NCBI GenBank assembly: GCA_963611815.1
Contig: CAVDSY010000022.1
Location: 93,539 to 157,538, forward strand
Direction: 5' to 3'
DNA length: 64,000 nt
Origin: a bacterium
GTDB taxonomy: Bacteria > Bacillota_I > Bacilli_A > RFN20 > CAG-826
In this document: one piece after another, positions 1 to 8,761 of the stretch
Layout: each line of letters opens with the position of its first letter
Position numbering within the stretch: position 1 is the first letter of the stretch
Program-made: the position numbers and the translations under genes
The notes under the pieces: generated by a model
Database searches by the model: none
What the model was told of the DNA's origin: nothing
The model's input: the letters and a program-made list of their open reading frames with translations, nothing else

Positions 1-189
1 CTTCTCGGGGAAGTTGTCTTTCAGCCACGTTACGAGGCCCATTTGGGAGCCCATCGCGTCGAAATCCGGGCGGATGTGGCGGAAGACGGCGATTTTTTGG
101 TAGCGCTTGATGGCACGAAGAATCGCGCCGTATTGCTTTTTGTGCTCTTTGGCGAATTTGGAGATGGCGGGGTTAAGATCAGAGCTCAT
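1..189 (-). CDS. DHH-family phosphoesterase (NrnA/oligoribonuclease-like); only the N-terminal 63 codons are present and the gene continues left of the window
   Basis: Minus-strand ATG at 189-187 gives MSSDLNPAISKFAKEHKKQYGAILRAIKRYQKIAVFRHIRPDFDAMGSQMGL. It carries the H-x-x-PD-x-D-x-x-GS motif I typical of DHH proteins. The start overlaps the ackA stop by 11 nt. Confidence 0.6.
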   Translation of the reverse strand, partial: MSSDLNPAISKFAKEHKKQYGAILRAIKRYQKIAVFRHIRPDFDAMGSQMGLVTWLKDNFPEK

Positions 190-1381
190 TGTTGATCCTC
201 TTCATGCAGTCGCGGGCTATCATGACTTCTTCGTCGGTGGGGATGACGACGACCTTGATCTTGCTTTCGGGTTTGGAGATGACCTCCTCGACGCCGCGGA
301 CCTGCTCGTTCTTCTTGTAGTCGATCGCTAAGCCAAGTGCTTCTTCGACCCTTTCGAGAATCTCCTTGCGGTAAAGCGGGGCGTTCTCGCCGACGCCGGC
401 GGAGAAGATGATGAGGTCGAGCCCGCCGAGGCGGACGAAGTATTGGCCGATGAAGTCGGCGGCCCTTCTTGCGTAAAGGGCGATGGCGAGCTTCGAACGC
501 TCCTCGCCCCTTTCGAAGGCCGCTTCGACGTCGCGGGTGTCATTGGAGACGCCGCTCACGCCGAGGATGCCGGATTCTTTGTTCAGAATGTCGTAAATCT
601 CGTCCACTGATTTGCCGGTGCAGGAGCAAAGATAATAGACGACGGAGGGATCGAGATCGCCCGAGCGCGTGCCCATCATAACTCCGCCAAGCGGGGTAAG
701 GCCCATGGAGGTGGCGACGCATTTGCCGTCTTTTATCGCGCAGAGGGAAGCGCCGGAGCCGATATGGCAAGAGAGGATGCGGGTGTTCCTTTTGCCTCCG
801 AGGAAGTCCTCATTGCCTTTGAGGGCGAGGTAATTGTGCGAGGTTCCGTGGGCGCCATAGCGGCGGCAGTCGTATTTCTCGGTGTATTCGTAAGGGATGG
901 CAAACAGGTAGTCCTCGGGTTCCATGGTCTGATGGAAGGCGGTGTCGAAGACGGCGATCTGGTAGGCTTTCGGCAGCGCGTTCTTGAAGGCGTGATAGCC
1001 GACTAGATGCGCTTTGGCGTGCATGGGATCGAGGGGGATGAGTTTGGTGATCTTGGCCTCGGCGTCTTCGTCGAAATCGACGGATTTGGAGAAATACTTG
1101 CCGCCTTGGACGACCCTGTGGCCGACGCAGGCAATCTCATCGAGGCTCTTGACGATGCCGAACTTAGTGAGGGCCTTCAGGACGAGATCGACGGCGACTG
1201 AATGGTCTTTGACGGGAAGGATGTCCTTGATCTTCTCGCCGTTGTATTTCATTCCGAAGATGCCGTCGTCGTGGCCGATTCTCTCGACGTTGCCTGAGCA
1301 AAGGACTTTCTCCTCTGGCATCTCATAGAGCTTGTATTTCAAGCTTGAGCTTCCGGCGTTGACCGCCATGACTTTGTACAT
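179..1381 (-). CDS. ackA: acetate kinase
   Basis: 400-aa product from ATG 1381-1379, preceded by an AAGGAGAA Shine-Dalgarno. The N-terminus MYKVMAVNAGSSSLKYKLYEM is the acetate kinase signature. The 67-codon upstream extension in the ORF track is rejected. Confidence 0.9.
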   Translation of the reverse strand: MYKVMAVNAGSSSLKYKLYEMPEEKVLCSGNVERIGHDDGIFGMKYNGEKIKDILPVKDHSVAVDLVLKALTKFGIVKSLDEIACVGHRVVQGGKYFSKSVDFDEDAEAKITKLIPLDPMHAKAHLVGYHAFKNALPKAYQIAVFDTAFHQTMEPEDYLFAIPYEYTEKYDCRRYGAHGTSHNYLALKGNEDFLGGKRNTRILSCHIGSGASLCAIKDGKCVATSMGLTPLGGVMMGTRSGDLDPSVVYYLCSCTGKSVDEIYDILNKESGILGVSGVSNDTRDVEAAFERGEERSKLAIALYARRAADFIGQYFVRLGGLDLIIFSAGVGENAPLYRKEILERVEEALGLAIDYKKNEQVRGVEEVISKPESKIKVVVIPTDEEVMIARDCMKRINNEL

Positions 1382-1545
1382 AACTTTTTCTCCTTGGCCC
1401 GCTTGGGCGATTGCAAAAAGAATCATAGCACCGCCACAGCGGAAAATGGGCGCTAAAGTGCCGGAGTGGCCTGCTTCTGGCGGCCAACTTGGCGAAAGAC
1501 GCGTTTTTGGGATGGCCGCCATTACGCCCGCGCCCCTTTCTTTTC

Positions 1546-1587
1546 CTTTCTTATTAAGAAAGAGAATTCTATAATTCGGCACAGGAG
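1546..1587 (+). promoter_or_regulatory. glgB promoter region: 8-1-8 palindrome CTTTCTTA-T-TAAGAAAG (1546-1562), -10 TATAAT (1570-1575), SD AGGAG (1583-1587)
   Basis: Read directly. The palindrome sits where a -35 element would be, and the ATG is at 1597. Confidence 0.5.
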
Positions 1588-1596
1588 TTCTTTCTT

Positions 1597-3570
1597 ATGG
1601 CATATGGAATTTTGTATGACTATTTGATGGGCCAGTCGATCGACGGCTTTTCTTATTTCGGCGCGCATTTCGGCAAATGCGATCTCCGCAAATTCGTCAA
1701 GATCCCTCCGAAGAATCCGGGAGGGGAAATAAAAACAGTCGCGCTTGGCGATGTCCTTGACGGGGTTTGGTTCCGGCTTTACGCCCCGATGGCGGATGAT
1801 GTTTCGGTCATCGGAGAATTCAACGGCTGGGACGCCAGGGCGAACAAAATGAACCGCGTTGACGAATCGGGCGTCTTTGAGACTTTCATCCCTGGGCTCC
1901 ACGATTATCAATGCTACAAGTACCATTTTCGCAATGCCCGCGGGGAATACGTCGACAAAGCCGACCCCTTCGCTTTCTATAGTGAGTTCCGCCCCGCGAC
2001 CTGCTCGCGCCTTTATGACGTCGAGGGCTTCCCTTGGGGCGATGAGGCGTGGATGAGAGGGAGAAGCCGCAATTTTGATGAGGCCCTTTCGATATACGAA
2101 GTGCATCTCGGCTCTTGGAAAGGCAAAATCGACGGGCGCTATCCTTCTTATGAAGAGGCGGCGGAGTATCTCATCCCTTACCTGAAAGAGAATGGTTTCA
2201 CCCATGTCGAGATCATGCCGATAACCCAATATCCTTTCGATGGCTCATGGGGCTATCAGGCGACGGGGTTCTTCTCCGTGGATTCGCGCTATGGCAACCC
2301 CAAGCAGCTGATGTCCTTCGTCAACCGCCTCCATCAGGCCGGATTCGGGGTGATCCTCGATTTCGCCCCGGTCCATTTCGCGACCGATAATTACGCTTTG
2401 CGCGAGTTCGACGGGACCTGCCTTTACGAATACTCCGATCCGCGCCACACCATCTCGCCGTGGGGAAGCGCCCAGTTTGATCTCGGGAAAGACCCGGTGC
2501 GCAGCTTCCTGATGTCGGCGATGAACTATTTCCTCGAGTATTTCCATTTCGACGGCATCCGCTGCGATGCGGTGAGCAACATCGTCTACTGGGACGGAAA
2601 CAAAGCCAATGGCGAGAACACCGGGGCCACCGAATTCATCCGCCGCCTGAACACGAAGATCCACGAACGCCATCCATCAGTGATGATGATCGCGGAGGAT
2701 TCGACCGATTTCACCAAAGTCACACATCCTGTCGAATACGGGGGGCTCGGCTTCGATTACAAATGGGACCTCGGCTGGATGAACGACACTTTGAAGTACT
2801 ATTCCAAAGACCCAATTTACAAGAAATATGAGCACAACAAGCTTAATTTCTCGATGGCCTATTTCTTCTCCGAGAACTTCCTCTTGCCCCTGTCTCATGA
2901 CGAGGTGGTGCATGGCAAAGGGACGATCATCAACAAGATGTGGGGCGATTACGACACGAAGTTCGCCTTGCTGCGCAACCTTTACGCCTATCAGTTCGCC
3001 CACCCCGGCAAGAAACTCAACTTCATGGGAAATGAGCTCGCGAGCTTCGACGAATGGAATGAGCAGAAGTCGCTTCCTTGGGAGCTTCTCTCTTTCCCTA
3101 AGCACGATTCTCTCCGCCGCATGGTGAGGGATCTGAATCTCATATACCGGGCGCATCCCGCGATGAAGTTCGAGGAATACAACCCCGCCCATTTCCACTG
3201 GCTCATGGTCGACAATGCCGACCAAAGCGTCTTCGCCTTCGAAAGGGAAGTTGACGGGGAGGACATGATCTTCGTCTTCAACATGACCCCTAATTACTAT
3301 GAATCATACGACGTCGGTACCTACAACGAGGGCGAATACGAGGAGATTTTCAACTCGGACAAGGATGTCTACGGGGGCAACAATCAGTATAATGGCGCGG
3401 TGCTTGTTTCCGAAGGCGAAGGCGGTCCGGAAGGTCGCCCGCACCGGATGAGCATCAAACTCGGCGGCTACTGCGCTTGCTTCTTTCTGAGGAAGCAAGA
3501 AGATAAAAAGCCTGAGCCAAAAGCAACGAAACCCGCCAAAAAGGCGAAAAAGAAAACGAATAAGAAATAA
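1597..3570 (+). CDS. glgB: 1,4-alpha-glucan (glycogen) branching enzyme, GH13, with a Lys-rich C-terminal tail
   Basis: 657 aa. GH13 blocks are present: DGIRCDAV, MMIAEDST and LPLSHDEVVHGK. The CBM48-like N-terminal part contains VIGEFNGWD. Confidence 0.9.
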   Translation: MAYGILYDYLMGQSIDGFSYFGAHFGKCDLRKFVKIPPKNPGGEIKTVALGDVLDGVWFRLYAPMADDVSVIGEFNGWDARANKMNRVDESGVFETFIPGLHDYQCYKYHFRNARGEYVDKADPFAFYSEFRPATCSRLYDVEGFPWGDEAWMRGRSRNFDEALSIYEVHLGSWKGKIDGRYPSYEEAAEYLIPYLKENGFTHVEIMPITQYPFDGSWGYQATGFFSVDSRYGNPKQLMSFVNRLHQAGFGVILDFAPVHFATDNYALREFDGTCLYEYSDPRHTISPWGSAQFDLGKDPVRSFLMSAMNYFLEYFHFDGIRCDAVSNIVYWDGNKANGENTGATEFIRRLNTKIHERHPSVMMIAEDSTDFTKVTHPVEYGGLGFDYKWDLGWMNDTLKYYSKDPIYKKYEHNKLNFSMAYFFSENFLLPLSHDEVVHGKGTIINKMWGDYDTKFALLRNLYAYQFAHPGKKLNFMGNELASFDEWNEQKSLPWELLSFPKHDSLRRMVRDLNLIYRAHPAMKFEEYNPAHFHWLMVDNADQSVFAFEREVDGEDMIFVFNMTPNYYESYDVGTYNEGEYEEIFNSDKDVYGGNNQYNGAVLVSEGEGGPEGRPHRMSIKLGGYCACFFLRKQEDKKPEPKATKPAKKAKKKTNKK

Positions 3571-3585
3571 GGAGATAATGAATAT

Positions 3586-6003
3586 ATGTTCGAGTCAAAA
3601 CAGGATTTTCAACTGACTTTCGCGCGTCGCTTGGAGGAGAAATACGGGCGCAGCGTGGAGGATAGCCACATCACCGAGCGTTACGACATCCTCGGCGAGA
3701 TGGTCCGCGACTACGCGGGCCACGATTGGCGCGCTTGCCGCGACGACGTCCTCAAAAAGAGCCATAAGCAGCTCATCTATTTCTCCATGGAATTCCTGAT
3801 GGGAAGACTGCTCCTCAACAATATGCAGAACCTTGGCATCTACAACGTCGCCAAAGAGGGTTTGGATGAATTGGGGATCGACATCGGCGAGCTTGAGGAT
3901 CTCGAGGCCGATGCGGGTTTAGGCAATGGCGGTCTTGGCCGCCTCGCCGCTTGCTTCCTCGATTCTATAGCTTCTCTTGGCTACCCAGGGCATGGCAACA
4001 CCATCCGCTACGAATATGGTTTTTTCCGCCAGAAATTCGTTAACGGCGAGCAGGTAGAATTGCCTGATCAATGGCTGAGCAACGGCTTCGTCTTCGAAGT
4101 CAGGAAGCCTAAACACGCGGTAGAAGTTAAGTTCTACGGCAACGCGGAGACCTACCTCAAGCCAAATGGCGAATACGCTTTGCGCACGGTGAACGCCACC
4201 TGCGTCCGCGCGGTTCCTTATGACGTTTCCATCCCCGGCTACAAAAACGGCGTCGCCAACACCCTTCGCCTTTGGTCGGCCGAGCCAAGCGAGAACAACC
4301 TCCCGAGCGACCGCTCATTCGAGGACTATCTGAACACCCTCAAAGAGCTTTGCCATGGCCTTTATCCAGACGATTCCACCGAGCACGGGCGCATGCTCCG
4401 GCTACGTCAGCAATATTTCCTCGTCAGCGCCGGCCTCCAAAGCGCCTTCCGCTCGCATTTCGGAAAATTCAAGACCTTGGACAACATCTCCGATTACTAT
4501 GTCTTCCAGCTCAACGACACCCATCCTATACTCGCCATTCCCGAAGCCATGCGGCTATTGATGGACGAATACGGCTATGGCTGGGACGAGGCTTGGGACA
4601 TCGTCACAAAAATCTTCGCCTACACCAACCACACCGTCATGCCGGAGGCCTTGGAGAAGTGGCCCGTTAATTACGTTCGGACCCTCGCCCCGCGCGTTTA
4701 CATGATCATCGAGGAGATCAACCGGCGCTTCAATCTTTATCTCAGCACCAAGAACGTCACCGCCAGCGACCGCTATGAGATGGCCATCATCAAAGATGGC
4801 CAGATCCACATGACCAATATGGCCATTTACGCATCAACCTCGGTCAATGGCGTCGCAATGATTCACACAAACATCCTGAAAAACTACACTTTTGCGGCGT
4901 TTTACAGGCTTTTCCCAAGCAAATTCAACAACAAGACAAACGGGGTCACCCCGCGCCGCTGGGTGATGTACGACAACCCTCGCCTCGCCTCTTTGCTCGA
5001 TGAGACCATCGGCGAGGACTGGAAGAATGACTACGAGAAGAACATCAGCAAGCTCGCTTCCTATCAGGACGATGCTGCCTTCCAAAAGAAGCTGATGGAC
5101 GTCAAGACCGCGAATAAGAAGGATTTCGCCGACTTCGTCTTGAAGACTTACGGCATTGCCATCGATCCAAATTCGATATATGACGTCCAGATCAAGAGGC
5201 TGCACGCTTACAAGAGGCAGCTCCTCAACATCTTCCACATCATCTCGCTTTATCTGAAGTTCAAGAAGGATCCTTCCTTCCAAATGGTTCCCCATACCTA
5301 CATTTTCGGGGCCAAAGCCGCGCCCAGCTACGCTTTCGCCAAGAAGATAATCGAGCTCATCCTCGCCGTGGCCGACGTCGTCAACAACGACCCACTCGTA
5401 TCGCGCTACATCAAGATCGTCTTCGTCGAGAATTACGGCGTCAGCCTCGCCGAGAAGATCATCCCCGCAGCCGACATCTCAGAGCAAATCAGCACAGCCG
5501 GCAAAGAGGCGAGCGGCACCTCCAACATGAAACTAATGATGAACGGTGCCATCACTTTGGGGACTTTGGACGGAGCCAACATCGAAATCGCCGAACGCGC
5601 CGGGATGGAAAACGAGATCATCTTCGGCCTCAAAGCCGATGAGGTCGAACGCCTCGTTGAGGAAGGCTCGTATTCGCCTTGGGACGTCTACAACGATGAC
5701 CCGAAGGTCAAAGAAGTCATTGATTCCCTCTTCACCGGGCCGTGGTGCTTTGGCGATCAGAACAAGTTCCGCATGATCTTCGATGAAATCATGAATAGGA
5801 ACGACCAATTCTTCGTCCTTGCGGATTTCCGCGAATACGCCCGCGCCTGTCAAAGGGCCGAGGAGATGTACAAGGACAAGAAGAAATGGGCGAGCGCCTG
5901 CATCGCCAACATCGCAAATTCAGGTTTCTTCACCAGCGATCGCACGATTGAGGAATACAATCGCGACATCTGGCATCTTGACAAATACGAGCTCGACAAC
6001 TGA
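3586..6003 (+). CDS. glgP: glycogen/maltodextrin phosphorylase
   Basis: 805 aa. It has the pyridoxal-phosphate lysine motif EASGTSNMKLMMNGA, and GGLGRLAAC near the N-terminus. A GGAG SD lies upstream. Confidence 0.92.
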   Translation: MFESKQDFQLTFARRLEEKYGRSVEDSHITERYDILGEMVRDYAGHDWRACRDDVLKKSHKQLIYFSMEFLMGRLLLNNMQNLGIYNVAKEGLDELGIDIGELEDLEADAGLGNGGLGRLAACFLDSIASLGYPGHGNTIRYEYGFFRQKFVNGEQVELPDQWLSNGFVFEVRKPKHAVEVKFYGNAETYLKPNGEYALRTVNATCVRAVPYDVSIPGYKNGVANTLRLWSAEPSENNLPSDRSFEDYLNTLKELCHGLYPDDSTEHGRMLRLRQQYFLVSAGLQSAFRSHFGKFKTLDNISDYYVFQLNDTHPILAIPEAMRLLMDEYGYGWDEAWDIVTKIFAYTNHTVMPEALEKWPVNYVRTLAPRVYMIIEEINRRFNLYLSTKNVTASDRYEMAIIKDGQIHMTNMAIYASTSVNGVAMIHTNILKNYTFAAFYRLFPSKFNNKTNGVTPRRWVMYDNPRLASLLDETIGEDWKNDYEKNISKLASYQDDAAFQKKLMDVKTANKKDFADFVLKTYGIAIDPNSIYDVQIKRLHAYKRQLLNIFHIISLYLKFKKDPSFQMVPHTYIFGAKAAPSYAFAKKIIELILAVADVVNNDPLVSRYIKIVFVENYGVSLAEKIIPAADISEQISTAGKEASGTSNMKLMMNGAITLGTLDGANIEIAERAGMENEIIFGLKADEVERLVEEGSYSPWDVYNDDPKVKEVIDSLFTGPWCFGDQNKFRMIFDEIMNRNDQFFVLADFREYARACQRAEEMYKDKKKWASACIANIANSGFFTSDRTIEEYNRDIWHLDKYELDN

Positions 6004-6016
6004 GCAATCCCGTGAT

Positions 6017-6044
6017 GGGGGCGAGAGATCGCCCCCTTTCTTTT
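6017..6044 (+). terminator. intrinsic terminator after glgP
   Basis: GGGGGCGA-GAGA-TCGCCCCC stem-loop followed by TTTCTTTT. Confidence 0.8.
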
Positions 6045-6111
6045 GTTGTGGCAGACGTTCCAATTCCGCCATCCTCAAGGTAAGATAATTGGCTTTGGAG
6101 GGGGAAGGCAG

Positions 6112-6570
6112 ATGAATGAATTCATGAAGATGGCGATAGAGGAGGCCAGGGAAGGCATCCATAAGGGGCACGGCGGTCCGTTTGGCTCGGTGATAGTCAA
6201 AGACGGAAAGGTGATTGCCAAAGGCCATAACCACGTCGTGCAAAACAACGATCCAACTTCCCACGGCGAAGTCGACGCCATCCGCAAAGCCGGCAAAGAG
6301 CTCGGCACTTTCGACCTTTCGGGATGTGAGATCTATACCACGGGAGAACCCTGCCCGATGTGCGCTTGCGCCATCATGTGGAGCAATATCTCCAAAGTCT
6401 ATTACGGCTGCAGCACCGAAGACAATGCGCGCATCGGCTTTCGCGATGAGAAATTCGCCGAGGTCTTCAAAATGGATTCGCGCCCTGCCAATTACCAAGA
6501 GCTCGACCGCAAAGAATGCCTTGAGCTCTTCGCCGAATACAATGGCATCCGCAACAAAGTCGAGTATTGA
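6112..6570 (+). CDS. guaD: guanine deaminase (CDA-fold, B. subtilis GuaD type)
   Basis: The start at 6112 has a GGAGG SD about 9 nt upstream. Zinc motifs HGEVDAI and PCPMCACAI are present. The protein is collinear by memory with B. subtilis GuaD (GGPFG.VIVKDG ... NDPT.H.E). Confidence 0.75.
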   Translation: MNEFMKMAIEEAREGIHKGHGGPFGSVIVKDGKVIAKGHNHVVQNNDPTSHGEVDAIRKAGKELGTFDLSGCEIYTTGEPCPMCACAIMWSNISKVYYGCSTEDNARIGFRDEKFAEVFKMDSRPANYQELDRKECLELFAEYNGIRNKVEY

Positions 6571-6701
6571 GTGGCGGCTGCGCGTTTTGCCTTCTTTGGC
6601 CGCGACTTTTCCAAAAGCTAGGCGTCTCCGCGAAAAATCTCGCAAAGACCGCGAATATGCTCGAAAATGAGTTTGGGTTATAACCGAAAAGGGACCTTCT
6701 T

Positions 6702-8609
6702 ATGGAAAATCTTGAATTAGTCAGCTTCTTCAAACGCGCCGCTTGGATTTACGAGAACGAAAATCCTCAAGAGGATGAATACTCTTCTTATTTTGCCTCC
6801 TTTGAATCGAAAGGCGGGGAGCTTACCCTTTTGATCGCCGGTGACAGCGACGTCGCCTTTTATCTCAACGACGAGCTCGTTTATTTCGGCGTCTCGCCCA
6901 GTTACCCCTCCCACCCCATTGCCGATGAGGTGAAGGTCAGAGCAAAAGATGGGACGAATTCCATTCGCGTTGTGCTCTATTACTTCGGCTCAGATAGTTT
7001 CTCAAGCTACTGCAAAGGCCCGGCCCGACTCAAATTTTTGCTTCTCGACGAGACAAAAAAGGTGGTTTTCGCCACCTCGAAAGACGTCCTTTCCTGCCCT
7101 GACCCAAATTATATGAGCCACCAGAAAAAGGTCATCACCGTCCAAATGGGATATTCCTATTGCTATGATGCCAACAAATTCGTGCCCGAACTTCACCCAT
7201 CATTTGAAGTTCCTGACTCCGGGGAGGTTGAACTGCGCATCAACAAGCGCTGCGAGTTGAAAGGCCGCGCCCCTTATCGGATCTCCCGCCTTGGGAAGGG
7301 ACATTACCTATTCGATTTTGAGAAGGAAACAGTTGGATATCTTGATTTGGATTTCGTCTCCTGCAAGGAACAGAAAATCAAATTCGCCTATGCCGAGCAT
7401 AAGGAAGGCGAAAGTATTACTTATCTAGTCGGTCCGCGCGATTTCTCGTTGGATTTCGTCGCAAAACCTGGCCGGAATGTGTTTTTAGGGACTTTCAGAA
7501 GACTCGGGCTCCGCTATTTGGAAGTCTTCGCTGAGGATGATCTGGACATCTCTTACATCGGCATAAGAAAAGTTGAATATCCGTTCGTGAGGATCCCTCA
7601 TAAGCTGGACAATCCTTTGCTTCAAACCATTTACGACACCTGCGTCTATACCCTTGAATGCTGCTACCATGAGCATTACGAGGATTGCCCTTGGAGGGAA
7701 CAATGCCTTTATGCGATGGACAGCTTCAACCAAGCCGTCTCCGCTTTCGTTTGCTTTGAGAACACCGAGCAGATGAAATCGAGCCTGCGTCTCATTGCAT
7801 ATGATGAGAGGCCAGATCACCTTCTTTCCATTTGCTCGCCAAGCCGCGCTCCGCTGACCATTCCTTCCTTCTCGCTTTATTACATCCGCGCCGTCGATCT
7901 CTATCTAAGCAAGACGGGGGATGTCGAGTTCGTGAGAGGTGTTTACCCAAAACTCAAGTCCATAATGGACGCTTTCTTCGCCAGGGAAGAAAATGGCTTG
8001 CTTTATACCTTCGACCACGATGGGACGTGGAATTTCTACGAATGGGCTCCGACGCTAGAAGGCGGATTGGGGCAAAAGCAGAAGAGGAAAGCCGATCTCG
8101 TTCTCAACGGCCTCTTCGCGTTGGCGATCAATTGCTTTGAAAGGATCGAGGGCACACTCGAAATCAGCCATGATTATTCGTCCTTCAAATCCCGTAACAG
8201 GGAAAGAGTCAGAGAGGCCTTTCTAAAAGACGGGCATTTTGTGATGGATGAGGAGACGCCCGTCTGCTCGCAGCACGGCAATGCGCTTGCCATCTTAGCG
8301 GGCTATGCCGACGATGAGGAAGCGGCGTCAATCGCCGAGGAGCTGAAGAACCCATCCGCGGATTTCGTGAAGTCAACTTTGTCCAGCAGGCCTCTTGTCT
8401 ACGACGCGCTGCTGAAAGTGGACAAAGGGAACGGAGCTTATATTCTCGAAGATATCAAACGCACTTACGGGAAGATGCTTTCCGAAGGCGCAACGACTTT
8501 CTTCGAGACTGAGCTCGGATGGAAAGACTTCGATGAGGCCGGCAGTCTTTGCCATGGTTGGTCTTCCGAGCCGATTTACTATTTCGAGCGTCTTGGCCTA
8601 TATAAATAA
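6702..8609 (+). CDS. six-hairpin glycoside hydrolase, alpha-L-rhamnosidase (GH78)-like
   Basis: 635 aa. EDCPWREQCLYAMDS and C-terminal SLCHGWSSEP resemble the conserved DCP.R(D/E) and C-terminal blocks of bacterial rhamnosidase catalytic domains. Confidence 0.5.
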   Translation: MENLELVSFFKRAAWIYENENPQEDEYSSYFASFESKGGELTLLIAGDSDVAFYLNDELVYFGVSPSYPSHPIADEVKVRAKDGTNSIRVVLYYFGSDSFSSYCKGPARLKFLLLDETKKVVFATSKDVLSCPDPNYMSHQKKVITVQMGYSYCYDANKFVPELHPSFEVPDSGEVELRINKRCELKGRAPYRISRLGKGHYLFDFEKETVGYLDLDFVSCKEQKIKFAYAEHKEGESITYLVGPRDFSLDFVAKPGRNVFLGTFRRLGLRYLEVFAEDDLDISYIGIRKVEYPFVRIPHKLDNPLLQTIYDTCVYTLECCYHEHYEDCPWREQCLYAMDSFNQAVSAFVCFENTEQMKSSLRLIAYDERPDHLLSICSPSRAPLTIPSFSLYYIRAVDLYLSKTGDVEFVRGVYPKLKSIMDAFFAREENGLLYTFDHDGTWNFYEWAPTLEGGLGQKQKRKADLVLNGLFALAINCFERIEGTLEISHDYSSFKSRNRERVREAFLKDGHFVMDEETPVCSQHGNALAILAGYADDEEAASIAEELKNPSADFVKSTLSSRPLVYDALLKVDKGNGAYILEDIKRTYGKMLSEGATTFFETELGWKDFDEAGSLCHGWSSEPIYYFERLGLYK

Positions 8610-8667
8610 GGATTAATATAACCCGTGGGGATTATTGAGCGCTGCCTAATTTATTAAGTCATTTAAC

Positions 8668-8688
8668 AAATATCAGAAAATGATATTT
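8668..8688. promoter_or_regulatory. 8-5-8 inverted repeat AAATATCA-GAAAA-TGATATTT in the AT-rich intergenic region
   Basis: Read directly. It lies about 20 bp upstream of the -35 of the transporter promoter. Confidence 0.35.
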
Positions 8689-8705
8689 TGATAGCTGGTT
8701 TTTCC

Positions 8706-8733
8706 TTGTAAGTAAGCGCTTACTACCTATAAT
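8706..8733 (+). promoter_or_regulatory. sigma-A type promoter (TTGTAA-16-TATAAT) with a perfect 14-bp cre/LacI-type operator AGTAAGCGCTTACT (8711-8724) in the spacer
   Basis: Hexamers and palindrome read directly. The palindrome matches the cre consensus TGTAAGCGCTTACA at 12 of 14 positions. Confidence 0.65.
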
Positions 8734-8761
8734 GAATCTAATCTTTTTTAGGAGTTCCAAC

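Noticed and set aside
1382-1582. 67-codon N-terminal extension of the ackA ORF
   Set aside because: The canonical acetate kinase N-terminus MYKVMAVNAGSSS starts at 1381 with a strong AAGGAGAA SD. The extension has no homology-like features and would run through the divergent promoter region.
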